Assembly (NCBI RefSeq): GCF_963921235.1
Contig: NC_086108.1
Span: forward strand, 41,976,001-42,040,000
Length of the DNA stretch: 64,000 bases
Reading direction: 5' to 3'
Source: Mobula hypostoma
Lineage: Eukaryota
A program made the translations under genes and the position numbers. Below, one piece after another: positions 63,824-64,000 of this stretch (its first letter is position 1; each line of letters opens with the position of its first letter). Under the pieces are notes generated by a model that had not been told where the DNA came from, ran no database searches, and was given only the letters and a program-made list of their open reading frames with translations.

Positions 63824-64000
63824 AGCAACACACATCAAAGTTGCTGGTGAATGCAGCAGGCCAAGCAGCATCTATAGGAAGAGGCGCAGTCGACGTTTCA
63901 GGCCGAGACCCTTCGTCAGGACTAACTGAAGTTAGTCCTGACGAAGGGTCTCGGCCTGAAACGTCGACTGCGCCTCTTCCTATAGATGCTGCTTGGCCTG
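63824..64000. mobile_element. Young PLE fold-back (cut off by window end) with hammerhead motifs at 63888-63923 (-) and 63934-63969 (+)
   Basis: Perfect palindrome over the visible part, with a 2-nt spacer (63928-63929); both hammerhead cores intact. Confidence 0.9.

Overview
Eukaryotic, repeat-rich vertebrate DNA; the CR1, Rex1, V-SINE and Penelope repeat mix suggests a cartilaginous fish (inference). The window holds most of one minus-strand adhesion GPCR gene, best matching ADGRD2/GPR144. I assembled 19 GT-AG exons by hand (ATG at 60838 down to 11511; 2928 nt, 976 codons, phases consistent, no stops). They encode a signal peptide, C-type lectin N-half, pentraxin domain, C-type lectin C-half, GAIN/GPS and TM1 to the start of TM7; the last exons were not found. 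The introns contain CR1, Rex1-like and RTE LINEs, SINEs, a Tigger-like transposon, a chimeric MITE and a decayed LTR element with a tRNA-Pro PBS. There is also a family of Penelope-like (PLE) insertions built as fold-back palindromes with 12-14 bp target duplications, several carrying minimal hammerhead ribozyme motifs on both strands. Two observations stand out: the pentraxin exon sits inside a split C-type lectin domain, and the PLE fold-backs carry hammerheads in both polarities.
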